A DNA stretch of 64,000 nucleotides from Eubacteriales bacterium (GTDB lineage Bacteria; Bacillota; Clostridia; Oscillospirales; CAG-272). Within the stretch, counting starts at the first letter, position 1. Every line of letters begins with the position of its first letter. Location: the NCBI GenBank assembly GCA_045531965.1, contig JAZSFA010000004.1, positions 22,617-86,616 of the forward strand, written 5' to 3'. This document shows, piece by piece, positions 35,560 to 46,300 of this stretch. The position numbers were made by a program, and so were the translations under genes. The notes beneath the pieces are model-generated. The model saw only the letters and a list, made by a program, of their open reading frames with translations. It was not told the DNA's origin and did no database searches.

Positions 35560-36516
35560 ATGAAACTCAAAGTAGCCGAGATCGGCATGGGCGGCATCAG
35601 CGGCGCCCACGTACCCGCATGGAAGCGGATGGAAGACGTAGAGCTGGTCGCCATTTGCGACGTTCGCCCCGAGATGATGGACCGCTATGACGGTCACATT
35701 ACTGCCCGCAAGTATACGGATTTTGATGAAATGCTGGAGCGCGAGGAGATCGACATCCTGGACATCACTCTGCCCACCTATATGCACGCCGATTATGCGG
35801 TCAAGGCACTTGATCGAGGTATCCACGTGGTCAGCGAGAAGCCCATCTCCCTGCGCCGCGAGGACGTAGCCCGCGTGTACGCTGCCGCCGAGCGAAACGG
35901 CAAGTGCTTTATGGTCGCTCACGTTTTGCGCTTCTGGCCCGAGTATCTCTACCTCAAGGACTGCATGGACAGCGGTCGCTTCGGCAAGCTGGTCAGCGGC
36001 ACCATGACCCGCATCGGCGCCATCCCCCAGAGTAGCTGGGACGGCTGGATGCAGGATCCCGAGCGCAGCGGCATGGTGCCTTTCGACCTCCACATCCACG
36101 ATCTGGACTTCCTTGTCTATACGCTGGGTAAGCCTGCCGTGGAACATATCTTCCACGGCATGGACTATATGCACACCATTTATCGCTATGGCGACATCCG
36201 TATCGCCTGCGAGTCCGCCTGGTTCCACGCACCCGTCCCCTTCCAGGCGACCTTCCGTATGCAATTTGAGAAGGCTGTGCTGGAATTTACCGGCGGCGCT
36301 CTTAACATTTTCAAGGAGGACTGGACCACCAGCACGCTGGACATGGCAAGCAGCGTGGAGGAAGGGAACTACATTCCTCAGTCCGACGGCTACTTCAACG
36401 AGCTTCGCTACTTCGTGGATTGCGTCAAGGAAGGGAAGAAGCCCGAGATCGTCAAGCCCCACGAGCTGGAGACGGTGCTGGATGTCATCGCCATCATCAA
36501 CGCCGCCAAGGATTGA
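35560..36516 (+). CDS. Gfo/Idh/MocA-family oxidoreductase
   Basis: KVAEIGMGGISGAHVPAW Rossmann start, VVSEKPISL (EKP motif); ATG 35560 lies behind AAAGGA. The 610-aa minus ORF opposite is an antisense shadow. Confidence 0.8.
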   Translation: MKLKVAEIGMGGISGAHVPAWKRMEDVELVAICDVRPEMMDRYDGHITARKYTDFDEMLEREEIDILDITLPTYMHADYAVKALDRGIHVVSEKPISLRREDVARVYAAAERNGKCFMVAHVLRFWPEYLYLKDCMDSGRFGKLVSGTMTRIGAIPQSSWDGWMQDPERSGMVPFDLHIHDLDFLVYTLGKPAVEHIFHGMDYMHTIYRYGDIRIACESAWFHAPVPFQATFRMQFEKAVLEFTGGALNIFKEDWTTSTLDMASSVEEGNYIPQSDGYFNELRYFVDCVKEGKKPEIVKPHELETVLDVIAIINAAKD

Positions 36517-36537
36517 TCTACGCCCAAAGGAGTACTT

Positions 36538-37539
36538 ATGAAAATCATTGAAACCCGACTCACGGAGCAAGAATTTCTTGAAAGAATGGAGAAGTTTTGT
36601 CAGCAGAAGGAGCGCTTTGACAAGGGATACTCCGATCGTGAGACCTTTGTTTATGCCCGAAAAGAACAGAAATTCTGGCTTGGCAGACACTTTGCCCATG
36701 CCGGCAGAAGCGATGGCTTTGCCAACGATCGCGTCAACGGCAAATATACCGTCAGCGACCAAGGGCTTGTCACCGTGTCCTATCGCTTCGGCAAGCACCC
36801 CCTTTTGATGATCCCTCATCTGATCTCCTTTGTGGCGGGCGCGGCAATCGCTGTCCCGGTGATCGACAAAGCGATAGGGCACGAAGGATTTTATTGGCGC
36901 GCCGGACTTTTTGCCCTGTGCTTCCTCATCTTCGGCGTGATCGGACTCTTTAGCAGCCGAAAGGAAAAGGCATCCCAGGAGGAGCATTTGCAATACATTT
37001 GCGGTGTCCTTGCAGAGAAAACGGCAGAGGGCGTGCCTGCGGAAGCGGAGACGGTGGACGTCAGCCTGATCAACGACGGCGACGTGTACCCGATTGTGGT
37101 GGAAAGCCAAGGGACGTCCTACCTGACCCTCTATTACTACACGGCTGACGGCGATGGGGTGCTGAACGATGGGCAGGATATGATCTATTTTAAGGACGAA
37201 GCCCAGATGCAACGCTTTTGCCTTTCCCACAAGCTGAATCAGGCATCGGAGGAGGCGGTTTACCGTTTTGATGCCCCCGTTGATAACGCCCGTGACCATC
37301 GCCGCATCTTAGGGCGCTGGAACCTTTTGAATACCATGTCTCAAACCTTGCAAATTCCCTATGAAGGGAGCAGCGAAGCGCACGACGAGCTGTATGAGCA
37401 TCTGTTTTCTCGCGGCTTGCCCTCCGACGAGCCCATCCCCTTCACAGACTTCGACGAGGCGCAAGTGGCTGAGTTGAACGCTGTTTTCGAGGATAAGGAT
37501 GCCTTGCTCACCCGTTTCCGCCTCTATCGCGAGGGATAA
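36538..37539 (+). CDS. hypothetical membrane protein
   Basis: SD AAAGGAG; two central TM helices; no motif recognised. Confidence 0.55.
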   Translation: MKIIETRLTEQEFLERMEKFCQQKERFDKGYSDRETFVYARKEQKFWLGRHFAHAGRSDGFANDRVNGKYTVSDQGLVTVSYRFGKHPLLMIPHLISFVAGAAIAVPVIDKAIGHEGFYWRAGLFALCFLIFGVIGLFSSRKEKASQEEHLQYICGVLAEKTAEGVPAEAETVDVSLINDGDVYPIVVESQGTSYLTLYYYTADGDGVLNDGQDMIYFKDEAQMQRFCLSHKLNQASEEAVYRFDAPVDNARDHRRILGRWNLLNTMSQTLQIPYEGSSEAHDELYEHLFSRGLPSDEPIPFTDFDEAQVAELNAVFEDKDALLTRFRLYREG

Positions 37540-37662
37540 GCGGTTGGGGTTTATAGAGCCAGCCCCCGCCCTACAACGCGATAATGATACCCCGATAAAC
37601 CTAAGGGAATCTCTAACTCTCTCGCACCCATCATCATCACCCAAGGAGTACCCCCATTTTCT

Positions 37663-39042
37663 ATGAAAAGAACTACCGACATGACCGTAGGCAGTCCCAC
37701 AAGGCATCTGCTCCTCTTCGCCCTCCCCCTCATCGTGACCAACCTGGGTCAACAGCTCTATATGATCGTGGATGCCGCCATTGTGGGACGCGGCGTAGGT
37801 GTGCAAGGTTTGGCTGCCGTGGGCGCCACCGATTGGATCTATTGGCTCATCCTCTGGACAGTCACAGGTATGACCCAAGGTGTGTCCACCTTTGTGTCCC
37901 GTTACTTCGGGGACAAGGATTACCCACGCATGAATAAGTCCATCGCCATGTGTACCATCCTGTGCGGCACGGTGGGCGGTGTGCTGACGGTGGCGGGACT
38001 GATCGCCGCCAAACCCCTCCTGCTCCTTTTGAAAACCCCCGAGGAGATTCTGGACGGTGCTGTGACCTATCTTTTGACCATGATCGCGGGGACGCTGGTG
38101 GTGGCGGCGTATAATATGGCATCCTCGGTGTTGCGTGCCTTGGGGGATGGGAGAACGCCCCTCCTGGCCATGGGCATCGCCGCCCTTCTCAACGTGGGAC
38201 TGGACCTTTTGTTCGTTCTCGTATTCCGAATGGGGATCTTGGGCGCGGCGTTGGCGTCTGTGCTTTCCCAGTTGGTTTCTTTTATCTTCTGCTTTATTCA
38301 GATCCAGCGCATTGACTGCATCAAGCTGGATAGATCGGTGTGGCGTATCGATTGGAAACTGATGCGCGCCATCATCGCCTTCGGACTGCCCCTGGCGCTG
38401 GAGTTTATCGTCATCGCCCTGGGCGGGATCATCCTCCAGTCCGCCATCAATCTGCAAGGTAGCGCCTTTATCGCGGGCTATACCGCCACCAATAAGGTTT
38501 ACGGACTGCTGGAGAGCAGCGCCCTTTCGCTGGGCGTTGCCACCGCCACCTTCCTCGCGCAAAGCTACGGGGCAGGGAACTACCGCAGAGTCAAGCAAGG
38601 GGTGCTGACGTCAACCGTCCTTGTCCTGCTTATGTCCGTGGTGGTGTCGGTGACCATGTACCTCATCCGAAATCCCTTTATGAAGCTGTTTATGGATAGC
38701 TCCGAAGCCGAAGCGACAGAGGCACACGGTATCGCGGTCTACTATCTGACCATCCTTTGCATCTGTCTTTCCGTCCTCTATCTGCTCCATATTTTTCGCA
38801 ACGTGCTTCAAGCTATCGGCGTCTCGGTGTGGTCCATGCTCTCGGGCTTTGCCGAATTTGCCGCCCGCGTGGTCATGTCCAAGTGGGTCATCTCCTTTAT
38901 GGGACAGGACGCGCTGTTTGTGGCGGAGCCTGTTTCCTGGTTGGCGGCGCTTTTGTTGGTGCTTATCCCGTATTTCTTCTATCGGAAACGACTGAAACAG
39001 CCACCAACCGCCGAGCCTGCTTTTCAGGGAGGAAACCCATGA
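37663..39042 (+). CDS. MATE-family efflux transporter
   Basis: LLLFALPLIVTNLGQQLYMIVDAAIVGRGVG..LAAVG N-terminal MATE signature, ~12 TM, 459 aa. Confidence 0.85.
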   Translation: MKRTTDMTVGSPTRHLLLFALPLIVTNLGQQLYMIVDAAIVGRGVGVQGLAAVGATDWIYWLILWTVTGMTQGVSTFVSRYFGDKDYPRMNKSIAMCTILCGTVGGVLTVAGLIAAKPLLLLLKTPEEILDGAVTYLLTMIAGTLVVAAYNMASSVLRALGDGRTPLLAMGIAALLNVGLDLLFVLVFRMGILGAALASVLSQLVSFIFCFIQIQRIDCIKLDRSVWRIDWKLMRAIIAFGLPLALEFIVIALGGIILQSAINLQGSAFIAGYTATNKVYGLLESSALSLGVATATFLAQSYGAGNYRRVKQGVLTSTVLVLLMSVVVSVTMYLIRNPFMKLFMDSSEAEATEAHGIAVYYLTILCICLSVLYLLHIFRNVLQAIGVSVWSMLSGFAEFAARVVMSKWVISFMGQDALFVAEPVSWLAALLLVLIPYFFYRKRLKQPPTAEPAFQGGNP

Positions 39043-39524
39043 AACGAGTGCTGATCATCGGTTGTCCCGGTAGCGGCAAAAGCACCTTTGCCCGCGCGCT
39101 GGCAGAGAAAACGGGTCTTCCTCTGTACCACTTGGATCTCTTGTATTGGCGCGCCGATCGCACTACGGTGGACAAGGCAGTCTTTCGCGCAAGGCTTGCG
39201 GAATTGTTGGCGAGGGATACGTGGATCATGGACGGTAACTACGGAGACACCATGGCACTGCGTCTCGGATACGCGGATACCGTCTTTTTCCTGGATCTGC
39301 CCACGGAGGTCTGCCTTGCAGGCATCCGTGCAAGACGGGGAAAGCCACGGACGGATCTGCCGTGGATCGAGGAAGAGGAAGACGAAGATTTTATGCGCTT
39401 TGTGGAGGCGTATGCTACCGACAGCCGTCCGCGGGTGATGTCTCTGCTGGCGGACTGCCCTCAAAAGCAGATCACCGTCTTTCACAGTCGGGAAGAAATA
39501 GACACCTATATCTCCGCCTTTTGA
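39039..39524 (+). CDS. P-loop NTPase, adenylate-kinase/topology-modulation-like
   Basis: Walker A IIGCPGSGKST; ATG 39039 overlaps the MATE stop (ATGA) behind GGAGGAAA. Confidence 0.75.
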   Translation: MKRVLIIGCPGSGKSTFARALAEKTGLPLYHLDLLYWRADRTTVDKAVFRARLAELLARDTWIMDGNYGDTMALRLGYADTVFFLDLPTEVCLAGIRARRGKPRTDLPWIEEEEDEDFMRFVEAYATDSRPRVMSLLADCPQKQITVFHSREEIDTYISAF

Positions 39525-39612
39525 AAAAATAGGGTTCAACTCCTTGTCAAACACCCTTGCCTGTGGTATAATAACTAACAGAAATCAACCGAATTTCGGA
39601 GGAACATCAAAT

Positions 39613-41025
39613 ATGCGTAAAACTAAAATCGTGTGCACCATCGGTCCTGCCAGCCAAAGTGAAGAGACCATCGCGGGACTTTGCCGTGCGGGCATGAACG
39701 TGGCGCGCCTGAATTTTTCTCATAACACCCATGAAGACCATAAGGCACGCATGGATACCATTAAAAAGGTCAGAGAGGCGCTGGGGCTTCCCATCGCCAT
39801 CATGCTGGACACCAAGGGACCCGAATACCGTATCAAGACCTTTGAAAACGGCAAAATCCGACTCAATGACGGGGATGACTTTACGTTTACCACCGAGGAT
39901 ATCGTGGGGAACGATCATCGGGTCGCGGTGAGCTATCGCGGTCTGCCCGCCGAGTTGGCTCCCGGGGATACCATCCTCCTCAACAATGGACTCCTGTCCT
40001 TTTCGGTGGTGGCAGTGGAAGGCACAGAAATCCACTGTCGGGTGATCTGCGGCGGCGAACTGTCGGATCGCAAGAGCATGAGCTTCCCCGGCAAGGTGAT
40101 GAAGCAGACCTATCTTTCCGAGCAGGATAAGGCAGATATCGCCTTTGGCGTGGCAAACGACGTGGACTATATCGCCTGCTCTTTCGTCTCGGGCAAGCAG
40201 GATCTTTTGGACGTGCATGCCTATCTCAAGGAGATCGGCGCCGAGGGCATCGAGCTGATCGCCAAGATCGAAAACCAATCGGGCTTTGACCATATTGAGG
40301 AGATCTGTGAATGCTGCGACGGCATCATGATCGCCCGCGGAGACATGGGTGTGGAAGTGCCCTTCGAGCAGCTGCCCGCCATGCAAAAACAGCTGATCAC
40401 CAAATGCCGTCTGCTGGGCAAACGGGTCATCACCGCCACGGAAATGCTGGAATCCATGATTCATAATCCCCGTCCCACCCGAGCCGAGATCTCCGACGTT
40501 GCCAACGCCGTGTATGACGGCACCAGCGCCATCATGCTGTCGGGCGAGACCGCGGCGGGAAAATACCCCATTCTGGCGGTCAAGACCATGGCAAAGATCG
40601 CGGAGACCACCGAAAACGGCATCGACTATAAAAAGCGCTTCTACAGCTCTGAGTTTGAGATCCGCAACTCGGTGGACGCCATCTCCCATGCCACCTGCGG
40701 TATGTCCATTGATCTGGACGCCAAAGCGGTGGTGGCTTGCTCCCTCTCGGGTATGACCGCCCGCATGGTCTCCCGCTTCCGTCCCCCCGTGCCCATCATC
40801 GGTCTGACCACCGACGAGCGTACCTGGCGGCGGCTGTCCCTGTCTTGGGGCGTGATTCCCGCCATGTGCGAGGTCTTCTCCTCCACCGACGTACTGTTCT
40901 ATACCGCGCAGAAGATGGCGAAATCCGTGTTGTCCCTTCAGAAGGGTGACAGAATCGTGATTACGGGCGGAAATACCAGTGGCCGCTCGGGCAACACCAA
41001 CATGATCAAGGTAGAAGAGATCTGA
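39613..41025 (+). CDS. pyk: pyruvate kinase
   Basis: MRKTKIVCTIGPAS, NVARLNFSH, MLDTKGPE, IIAKIEN, MIARGDMGVE, ATEMLESM, MLSGETA motifs. Confidence 0.95.
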   Translation: MRKTKIVCTIGPASQSEETIAGLCRAGMNVARLNFSHNTHEDHKARMDTIKKVREALGLPIAIMLDTKGPEYRIKTFENGKIRLNDGDDFTFTTEDIVGNDHRVAVSYRGLPAELAPGDTILLNNGLLSFSVVAVEGTEIHCRVICGGELSDRKSMSFPGKVMKQTYLSEQDKADIAFGVANDVDYIACSFVSGKQDLLDVHAYLKEIGAEGIELIAKIENQSGFDHIEEICECCDGIMIARGDMGVEVPFEQLPAMQKQLITKCRLLGKRVITATEMLESMIHNPRPTRAEISDVANAVYDGTSAIMLSGETAAGKYPILAVKTMAKIAETTENGIDYKKRFYSSEFEIRNSVDAISHATCGMSIDLDAKAVVACSLSGMTARMVSRFRPPVPIIGLTTDERTWRRLSLSWGVIPAMCEVFSSTDVLFYTAQKMAKSVLSLQKGDRIVITGGNTSGRSGNTNMIKVEEI

Positions 41026-41036
41026 TCCAAAGAAAA

Positions 41037-41070
41037 AGGCTGTTCCAAGGATTTCCTTGGAACAGCCTTT
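41037..41070. terminator. bidirectional intrinsic terminator
   Basis: 14-bp perfect stem GGCTGTTCCAAGGA / TCCTTGGAACAGCC flanked by A- and T-tracts, between convergent genes. Confidence 0.8.
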
Positions 41071-41072
41071 TG

Positions 41073-41864
41073 TTATGCGGCACTGTCCGTTTGGGCTTTG
41101 GAACGGGCGCGTTTTTGAAGCAGGTAAAAGACAAGATAAAACAAAGCGATGTAGATAAGGAATAGCACCACCACGCTCAAAGGATACAGCACGGGATTGC
41201 CGCCAAACAGGTTGTACAGAATGTCGTAGGGTGTGCCGTCTCCCTGCATGAGGAACATATAGTTGTAATCGGCGGTGATGTTGGCAATATATGCCGCCAC
41301 GCAAAAGCCGCTCAGAATAGCAAAAGTAATACCGATATTCCGCTTTTTCATGCTCGCCATCCCCGAGATTCCGATGTAGAGTGCGGCAAAGCCCGAAATG
41401 GTGTGGGTGATACCCGACACCACGTTGTCTACCGAAAGCACAGGGTAAGCGGCGTAGTTCTGACCGGCACAATACGTGCCGCAAACCGCTCCCAAAAGCC
41501 CGAAAATAAATACGAAATCCAAAGCGGCTTCTTTCATCCGACCTTTGGAAAACGCCGCCAGCGGCAGGGCAATCAGTTGGATACTGCAGAGGAACAGGGG
41601 CAGATTATAGAGCCAGTTCATGGGATCTTGCGCGCGGAAACAGAAGAAGACGATTTTGAAAAGCTCGATTGCGTCAATGAGGATGGCAGACAGGATCAGC
41701 ACCTTGTTTTTGACGTCGGAGGTTTTGTGTCGGTTCCGAAGACCGAGGAAGACTGCCAACCCGATCATGATGACCATAAGGGTGGACACAAACACCAAAT
41801 GTTGCCATGACAGATAACCCTCTGCCTCTCGCTCATAGCCGTTCAGTCCCCAAAAGTCTTTCAT
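41073..41864 (-). CDS. integral membrane protein (YwaF/TMEM164-like, tentative)
   Basis: About 7 TM segments; ATG 41864 (MKDFWG..) lies behind GGGAGG. Confidence 0.45.
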   Translation of the reverse strand: MKDFWGLNGYEREAEGYLSWQHLVFVSTLMVIMIGLAVFLGLRNRHKTSDVKNKVLILSAILIDAIELFKIVFFCFRAQDPMNWLYNLPLFLCSIQLIALPLAAFSKGRMKEAALDFVFIFGLLGAVCGTYCAGQNYAAYPVLSVDNVVSGITHTISGFAALYIGISGMASMKKRNIGITFAILSGFCVAAYIANITADYNYMFLMQGDGTPYDILYNLFGGNPVLYPLSVVVLFLIYIALFYLVFYLLQKRARSKAQTDSAA

Positions 41865-41965
41865 AAAGCCTCCCTTGCCCCAAAGGCAGTATATTATCCT
41901 CATTATACCATAAAATTCCTCTCTTGGCATAGGCGACGGGAAACTTCATAATTCTTCATAATTTG

Positions 41966-42958
41966 TCAGGATGCGACACGCCGCTCTCGGAGACGGCGAT
42001 ACAGACAGGACAACCCATAGCCTGCCTCGTATAGGGCAAAGGACAGAGCGAAGACAACACCGCATTGTACCAGTCCGCTGTCAAAGGTCATAAACAGCTC
42101 CAGAACCTCCGAAACCGCCATGTGCAGGATGAAGATATAGAAAGGACCATCCTTGCCTACAAGACGGTAGTAAAGGTCACATCGGCTTTTTTTGATCCCC
42201 AAAAAGAAGGCAAGGAGCATGACGGCGGATACCACGCCCGAGACGTACATCTCCATCACCACAAGCCGAGCCTCCATGATCTGGAAGAAAAAGGCGGCGA
42301 GACCTATGATTAGATACAGGTATTTATACCATGACCGCCGATGAAGGTTCACTTGAGCAAGAAGAAAGCCCAAAGCAAACATGGGCAGTCCCATGAACCA
42401 GGCGTTGCGGGTGTATTGGAGGGGCATATCTGTCTCCTGAAAAAGGTACATATACCCCGCAAAGAAAAAGTAGATGGCAAAGCAGACGGGAATGGCGAAT
42501 TTGTAATATTTGGTCAGATCAAATTTCACCGCCAGCCAATGCACGACAGACAGCATCAGCAGGGCAATCAGAAACCACAGCTGTGCCCCGGTGTAAGTGA
42601 TGGGACGGTTCAAGAAGATGAATTCCAGCAAAAAATCCTTGTAAAACAGGGTTGTGAAGTAGTATCCTACGCCGTTACCCTTGACGTAGCACATGATGAA
42701 GTCAAAGACAATGTAAAAGCCAAAGCCGATCCCAAAATATTTCAGCGTACGGGGGATGAAGGCGCGCGCTTTTGCCCTCTGCCGTTCTTTGTCGGGATGA
42801 TAGAGAAAGTAACCCGAGATCAGAAAGAACATGGGCACCGCCAGACGGAACAGGGGGTGGAAGGGGTAGTCCTTTTGGGTCACGTGAATGAGGATGACCA
42901 AAAAGCTTAAGAAAAATTTGAACAGATCGAGATACACGTTTCTTTTTGTGGATGTCAT
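41966..42958 (-). CDS. acyltransferase-3-family membrane O-acyltransferase
   Basis: N-terminal NVYLDLFKFFLSFLVILIHV pattern and ~10 TM segments; ATG 42958. Confidence 0.65.
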   Translation of the reverse strand: MTSTKRNVYLDLFKFFLSFLVILIHVTQKDYPFHPLFRLAVPMFFLISGYFLYHPDKERQRAKARAFIPRTLKYFGIGFGFYIVFDFIMCYVKGNGVGYYFTTLFYKDFLLEFIFLNRPITYTGAQLWFLIALLMLSVVHWLAVKFDLTKYYKFAIPVCFAIYFFFAGYMYLFQETDMPLQYTRNAWFMGLPMFALGFLLAQVNLHRRSWYKYLYLIIGLAAFFFQIMEARLVVMEMYVSGVVSAVMLLAFFLGIKKSRCDLYYRLVGKDGPFYIFILHMAVSEVLELFMTFDSGLVQCGVVFALSFALYEAGYGLSCLYRRLRERRVAS

Positions 42959-43158
42959 CAAGTCACCGCCTCTTTTGTCATGATGGAAGGGGGTACGCGA
43001 GGGCAATCTTTTCGTGGCAAACGGTCGTCGTTTTTTGTCGCCGACGAGTCTATCTTATTATAGCAAAATAAAATAGATTTGACAAGAAGAAAACGAATAT
43101 TTTCTATCAACGATTATCCGATGCCTTAGCCATCTTGCGTCAATGGACCGTTTTTGCC

Positions 43159-43187
43159 TTGACACGCTTTTCCTTCTATGATATAAT
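43159..43187 (+). promoter_or_regulatory. consensus sigma-70-type promoter of the giant gene
   Basis: TTGACA (43159-43164), 17-nt spacer, TATAAT (43182-43187). Confidence 0.6.
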
Positions 43188-43389
43188 AGCATGAAAGATC
43201 AAAGATCCCCAATCAAAGTTCACTGTTTCACGCACCATTTTCCCTAAAATGGGGTCCCACCCATTTTGCCGCATATGCGGCACGGTCGAATTTCAAGCGG
43301 TATTTGTGCCTCCGCGGTGAAATGGGGATTAAGACGTTTCTTTCTCAAGGTATACTGTGCCGCCTTCGGGCGGTGGAATGGAGATTTAT

Positions 43390-46300
43390 ATGAAGAACTT
43401 ACGGCAAAGAAGATTTTGGACCGTTCTGATCAGCGCGTTGGTGCTGTGCCTGGTTGCAAGTACCGTGACGGTATTTGTCCTGCACCGCCGCGAGGTAAGG
43501 CTGGAAGACCGGCAGAACGAAGCTTTGCAAGCGCTGTACGATAACAAGGGACGGTACGATGAACAAAGCATCGTGCTGTCAAACACCACCAAAGCGCGGG
43601 CAGAGGCGTTGGCAAAGCTCTTTGGCGCCACCCTTCGTATCACCGAGGACGGCAGCTTTGCGGCGCTGACGCTACCCCAAGGCGTCACGGTTATCGATAT
43701 CTACGAAAACGAGGACTACCGCAAGTATATAGAATATATGTCGCCGGACTACCGGGCAAAGATCAGCGATCTTTTGGCGGAGGATGAGGCGGATGAAGCC
43801 ATTCACGACGAAAAACTGCCCCTTCGCCCGCAGTATACGGTGAGCGATGCCGACTACGACCGACAGACCTATCTGGACTTTCTCAATATGCGCCACGTTT
43901 GGGAGCGCACCCAAGGCTCCGGCGTGACGGTCGCGGTGATCGACACGGGTATCGATACCGATCACCCAGAGTTTGCGGGACGTATCAGTGAGCTGTCCTA
44001 CAACGCCTCAGAGGATAAGGTGGTCAAGGATTATCTGACTGCGGACGGTGTCTACGACTGGTCTCTGATTGAAGACGAACAGGGACACGGCACGGCGGTG
44101 GCAGGTGTTATCGCGGCATCCATGGACGGTAGCGGTATCGTGGGCATTGCGCCGCAGGTGAATATCCTCGTCATCAAGGCGGAATGTGACGAAAACGGTG
44201 TTTTTGAACGCACGTCCGACCTTGTGTTCGGCTTGTATTATGCCATTGAGCGGGACGTGGCTGTGGTCAATATGTCTTTTGGCTTGGAGCTGGACAATCC
44301 TTTTGCCGAACCCGCGCAGCTGGCGTTCGACAGCGACGTGATCTGCGTTGCCGCGGCAGGCAACAGCGCAAGCGCAGTGCTTACGTATCCTGCCGCCGAT
44401 GAAAACGTGTTTGGCATCGGCGCGTTGGAAGAGAACGGCTGGACATTGGCAGCCTACTCCAACTATGGCGAGAATGTGGATATCGTCGCGCCCGGAACCG
44501 TTTATACTACCCAAATGGGCGGCGACTATGGCGGTAAGAACGGTACGTCCTTCGCCTCTCCCATTGCGGCGGGTGTGTTGGCGCTGTATCTTTCCCAGTA
44601 CAGATATCAGGAATTTGTGCAGATCGAAGCTCTGTTACATGCATCCTGCGACGATCTCGGCGATCCCGGCCCCGACTTTACCTATGGCTACGGCGCGCTG
44701 GACGTCAGCGCCCTCATGCTGGAAGAGCGCGGGACAGTCACCTTCAACATGATGACCGACGAGCTGGACGATACGGAGCAGATCTTCATCCGAGCGCACA
44801 CCTTACAGGATATTCCCGAGCCCGAGCGGCTGTACGCTGTTTTCGACGGTTGGTATTACGATCCTCAATGTACCGAGGCGTACGTATGGTATGAGGACGA
44901 GTTCTACGGCGACCTGACCCTCTACGCAAGCTGGGTCAATGAGGATGATGGCATCCCCTTTACCTACGCTGAGCTGGATGACGGCACTGTGGAGATCCGT
45001 TCCTACACGGGACACCGCCGCTATATCACCATCCCCGACTACATCGATGGCAAGGTGGTCTCCTCCATCGGCGAAGCGGCGTTTGCGGGGGAGACGAGAC
45101 TCCGAGAAGTCAACTTGCCCAAATACCTGTCTCGCATCCGCAGATCCGCTTTTTCGGGGTGTACCAATCTGGTGAGCATGGCGATCCCCGATACAGTCAC
45201 AGAGATCGGAGATAACGCCTTTTATGATAACGTGAGACTCGCCAACCTGACCTTCGGAGAAAACAGCCGACTGGAGCGCATCGGCAACTTTGCGTTCTCG
45301 GGCTGTGCTAAGTTGCGTACCTTTACCGTGCCCTCCAAGGTCACAACGCTGAACGCCACGGCGTTCTATCGCAACACGTCTATGACGGCGTACCGCGTGC
45401 AAAGCGGAAACAAAGCCTTCTCCGCCAAAAACGGCGTGCTGTTCAACCATACGGGACTCGTTTTGGTTGCCTATCCTGCCGGACTGAGTGGGACGTACAC
45501 GGTGCCCGAAACCGTGCAGAAGATCGATCTCTATGCCTTCTCCTGCACAAGGCTCAACGGCGTGAACCTTTCGTCGGTACAAACCCTTGGAAAATCGGCG
45601 TTTATGCAAAGCGCCCTCAAGCAGGTGGATATTCCCGACAGCGTCACCCTAATGGGCGACTCTGTGTTTGCCTATAGCCAGTCCTTGCGGTCTGTCAAGA
45701 TCGGACGGGGCTTGACAAGCCTTCCCGACCGCGCCTTCGCGTACACGGCATTGACCGCCGTTGACATTCCCGCAGGGATCCTTTCGGTGGGGCGCTACGC
45801 TTTTGAGCGCATCGGAACCCTTCATACGGTCACGTTCGAAAAGGGCAGTGCGCTGACGTATATTGACAGCTATGCCTTTTATGACAGCGGCGTGGTTTCG
45901 CTGACCATTCCCGCATCGGTTGTGACCATTGCCAACAACGCTTTCGCGGCAAAGGATTGTCCCTACTTGTCCCATCTTTCCTTTGAGGACAACAGCGCTC
46001 TGTATCGGTTGGGGAGCGCCGCCTTCGCGGGACAATCCCGACTGACCGCGGTGGAGCTTCCCGACCGTCTGACAACTCTTGGCGATTGGACGTTTACGGA
46101 AACCGGGCTTGTCACGGTGACGATTCCTTCAAACGTGACTTCCTTAGGAAGCGGCGTCTTTGCCGACTGTCCCCACCTGACAGGCATTCTTGTGGACGAT
46201 AAGAATCCCGTCTATCTGGACGTGGACGGCATCGTGTTCAATACCGCCAAGACGGTCCTTTTGGCATATCCTACGGGACATTCTCGCCCGGACTATGCCG

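Noticed and set aside
35467-37299. 610-aa minus-strand ORF. The same pattern applies to 37309..38598(-), 39607..41484(-), 57814..59232(-), 59851..61215(+), 48112..49653(-) and 52870..56484(-).
   Set aside because: All are antisense to genes with clear family motifs (Gfo/Idh/MocA, MATE, pyruvate kinase, GH36-like, the giant LRR protein). Their translations are Gly/His/Arg/Asp/Val-rich with no motifs or SD. Long stop-free antisense frames are expected in GC-rich coding DNA and in repeats.
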